Below, piece by piece: positions 61,551 to 64,000 of a stretch of DNA of 64,000 nucleotides. Below the pieces are notes generated by a model. That model was not told where the DNA came from. It searched no databases and saw only the letters and a list, made by a program, of their open reading frames with translations. Numbering within the stretch: position 1 is the stretch's first letter; each line of letters starts with the position of its first letter. The position numbers and the translations under genes were made by a program. Source of the DNA: the human T2T-CHM13v2.0 reference genome, Homo sapiens. The stretch lies in assembly GCF_009914755.1 (NCBI RefSeq), contig NC_060927.1. One strand, 5' to 3'.

Positions 61551-63597
61551 TAAAATATTCAGAAGAAACAATGTAATGCTTAGCTGTCTATGTGTTAGCT
61601 AATGAATGGCCAAGAACGATGTGAGTGAAGTCATGGAGATAGAAAACAATTGGGAAGATCTTTGGGTATCACCTGGGACACAAACTCCTTAATCCAGAAG
61701 GTGATCACAGGGTTTGAGACTTTCTTCTAGCATCAGCTGAACAACGTTGTCTTCCACAAGGAGTGTTAACAAAGCTTTGGGGTCCTTTCCAAGGAGGAAA
61801 GTTGGCTATTTGGAGATAAGGGACAGGGATCTTTTAGCTCCTCTCTCTTCAGTCTTTATAGTTGGGGGTGGAGGTGCACACATCTGAGTAGCAGAGAGCC
61901 CTACCAGCAGATCTAAAAGGACCTAGTGCTCACTAAGGCCACTGGAGCATAATACAACAAAAGGTGATAGCTCAGACTCCAATGCCCAGCCCAAGATGGA
62001 GAAGCTGGTGGAGCTGCCTGGCTCTTTAGTTCTCAGAAAAGAAGACCAAACAAATGCCAGGGGTTACTTCCACATTCCTAGATCTTCCGTCACTTCTGGA
62101 GCTTTAGATGTCTTCAAGACTTGATTTATAAAGATAAATTGATGGTGGTTTTATTTCATAATTGTCACTTATTCCACTGAGTTACATTTGCATTTCATAA
62201 TAGTGTTTCCACCTGACTCTAATACTTGCTCTCAGGAATAAAGATGCCTGCAGTTCTCACTAATTTCTGAGTTCTAGAGGATAATTAGAATGAATCTAAT
62301 ACTGAATGAAGATGTGCTGATTCTCCACCCTGAGGCATATTTAATAATTTAGAGTGTTCCTTCTGTACGACAAGTCACTAACTAAAATTTCAAAGATTAT
62401 ATCCAATTTGAAAAATTAAGCTGGGTGCTGTCTAACACCTGCCCAACAAGCCACTTTGACATGGCATCCTAAGCAAACGTAATATAAATAGGGGGAAAAT
62501 TAGTCCCAGAACGTCAGGTATTCATGGGGAAAACCAGCACCCACGGACATCTCAAAATAAGTAAACCGCCTGGGAAGGCTATATGTCATCCCATGGATCA
62601 TCACTTAGCTAAATATAAATCATATAGTAGTTATTATACTAAAGGTCATGCTAATAAGGCAGAGGGCATCCTTAAGTGGCCTTGCTTGGGTCATCATGGC
62701 TCAGATTTGGAACAAATCAATTAAGCAGAAAATTAAATAAGTATCAATCATAGCTTTAAGGTTGGATAGAAACAAATGTAATAGAGTAAAACCTTATAGA
62801 ATGTGTGTTTCAGACAGTGCTCTGCATATACCACGGTATGGTTTTCCTTTAGTTGATGAATTTATTTTCCATGCATGCAGGTTTCACAGTTGTGCTCCAT
62901 ACTTATGTGCTTACCACTTGGAGAACATTGTTATGATGGCCAAAGAAAGCTAAGCTGCCATATGAAAGGGAATCTTTCAGATCTGCCTTTGAGTCCTGAC
63001 TTTCCCATGTGATTGCACTGTGATTTTAAGGAACATAATTTCTGTCATCTGCAGTTTTCAAATTTGTTTTTCATCAATAAAATGCAGTTAGTAATACCAA
63101 TCTGAAAAATTTACTGTATTAAGTGAGACAACATGTATTTGATATAACACATATGTTAACATACAGTAACATACATGTCTGTTACTGTATTTCGCTCAAT
63201 CAGTGACAGGAGCTATTACTACCAAAACAGATATAGAATGGTTAGATGGTGCTTATCACCTCTTGTCTACTTGTTAGAATCGGACTTATCTTTTAAGACC
63301 CAGCTCAAAGACGTCCTCCTTGATTCGACGTCAGAAGATGTCTCCTACCAGGACTCTTTGACTAATCTCCCTGATCATTTTTCTCCTTTCTTAGAACATA
63401 TCCTATGCTGCCTTACAGTACTGAGGTTGTGAACCTGACTGTTGCCCTAGCGTAGGTTGAAAAACTGGGATGTCTTTGTTAACAAGTCTTTGGAAAGCAC
63501 TTTAAAAAGAATAGTAAGTAGTTATATTATAAAAATTACAGACACAGGATGAACAACAACATACAAAAAACCTATTCAAATATCACTCACGTGAATA

Positions 63598-64000
63598 CAG
63601 TCATGTACTGCTTAATGACAGGAATATGTTCTGAGAAATGTGTCATTAGGCAATTTCATCCTTAAGCAAACATCAGAGAGTATACTTGCACATACCTAGA
63701 TGTTATAGCCTAATGCGCATCTAGGCTCCATGGTATAGCCTGTTGCTCCTGCACTACAAACCTGTACAGCATATTACTGTCCTGCATATTGTAGGCAATT
63801 GTAACACAGTGGTAAGTATTTGTATATCTAAACACAGAAAATAGACAGTAAAAACACAATATAAAAGATGGTACACCTGTATAGGGCACTTATGAATGGA
63901 GCTTGCAGGACTGGAAGTTGCCATGGGTGAGTCAGTGAGTGAGTGGTGAGTGAATGTGAAGGTCTAGGATATTCACTACTGTTTACTACTGTAGACTTTA
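63598..64000 (+). mobile_element. Tigger3-like TcMar DNA transposon (runs off the window)
   Basis: TA followed by cagtcatg...gttctgagaaatgtgtcattaggcaatttc; gtgagtcagtgagtgagtggtgagtgaatgtgaagg. Confidence 0.85.

Overview
Human (primate) genomic DNA, AT-rich and roughly half interspersed repeats. It is an internal part of the NEK11 (NIMA-related kinase 11) gene on the + strand. Nine consecutive coding exons (944 nt, splice phases mutually consistent) encode the kinase C-lobe (HRD, DFG, SPE motifs), the coiled-coil region and the start of the acidic tail. An alternative terminal exon (ATHS-stop plus AATAAA) matches the short NEK11S isoform as I recall it. Introns contain a full-length but inactivated antisense L1PA (about PA5), an internally deleted older L1PA, about 10 Alus including a very young AluYa5-like copy, a MER41B-like solo LTR, and MLT, MIR, L2 and DNA-transposon relics. 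No prokaryotic-type system, CRISPR array or RNA gene is supported. Strongest lead: an intact L1 ORF0 whose splice donor is in frame with the next NEK11 exon, predicting an ORF0-NEK11 chimera without the kinase N-lobe. Other leads: a GC-donor exon whose acceptor region has a duplicated upstream decoy, a MER41 LTR with intact GAS and CArG motifs, and several local template-switch-like duplications. Repeat subfamily calls and amino-acid numbering come from recalled consensus sequences, not from a search.
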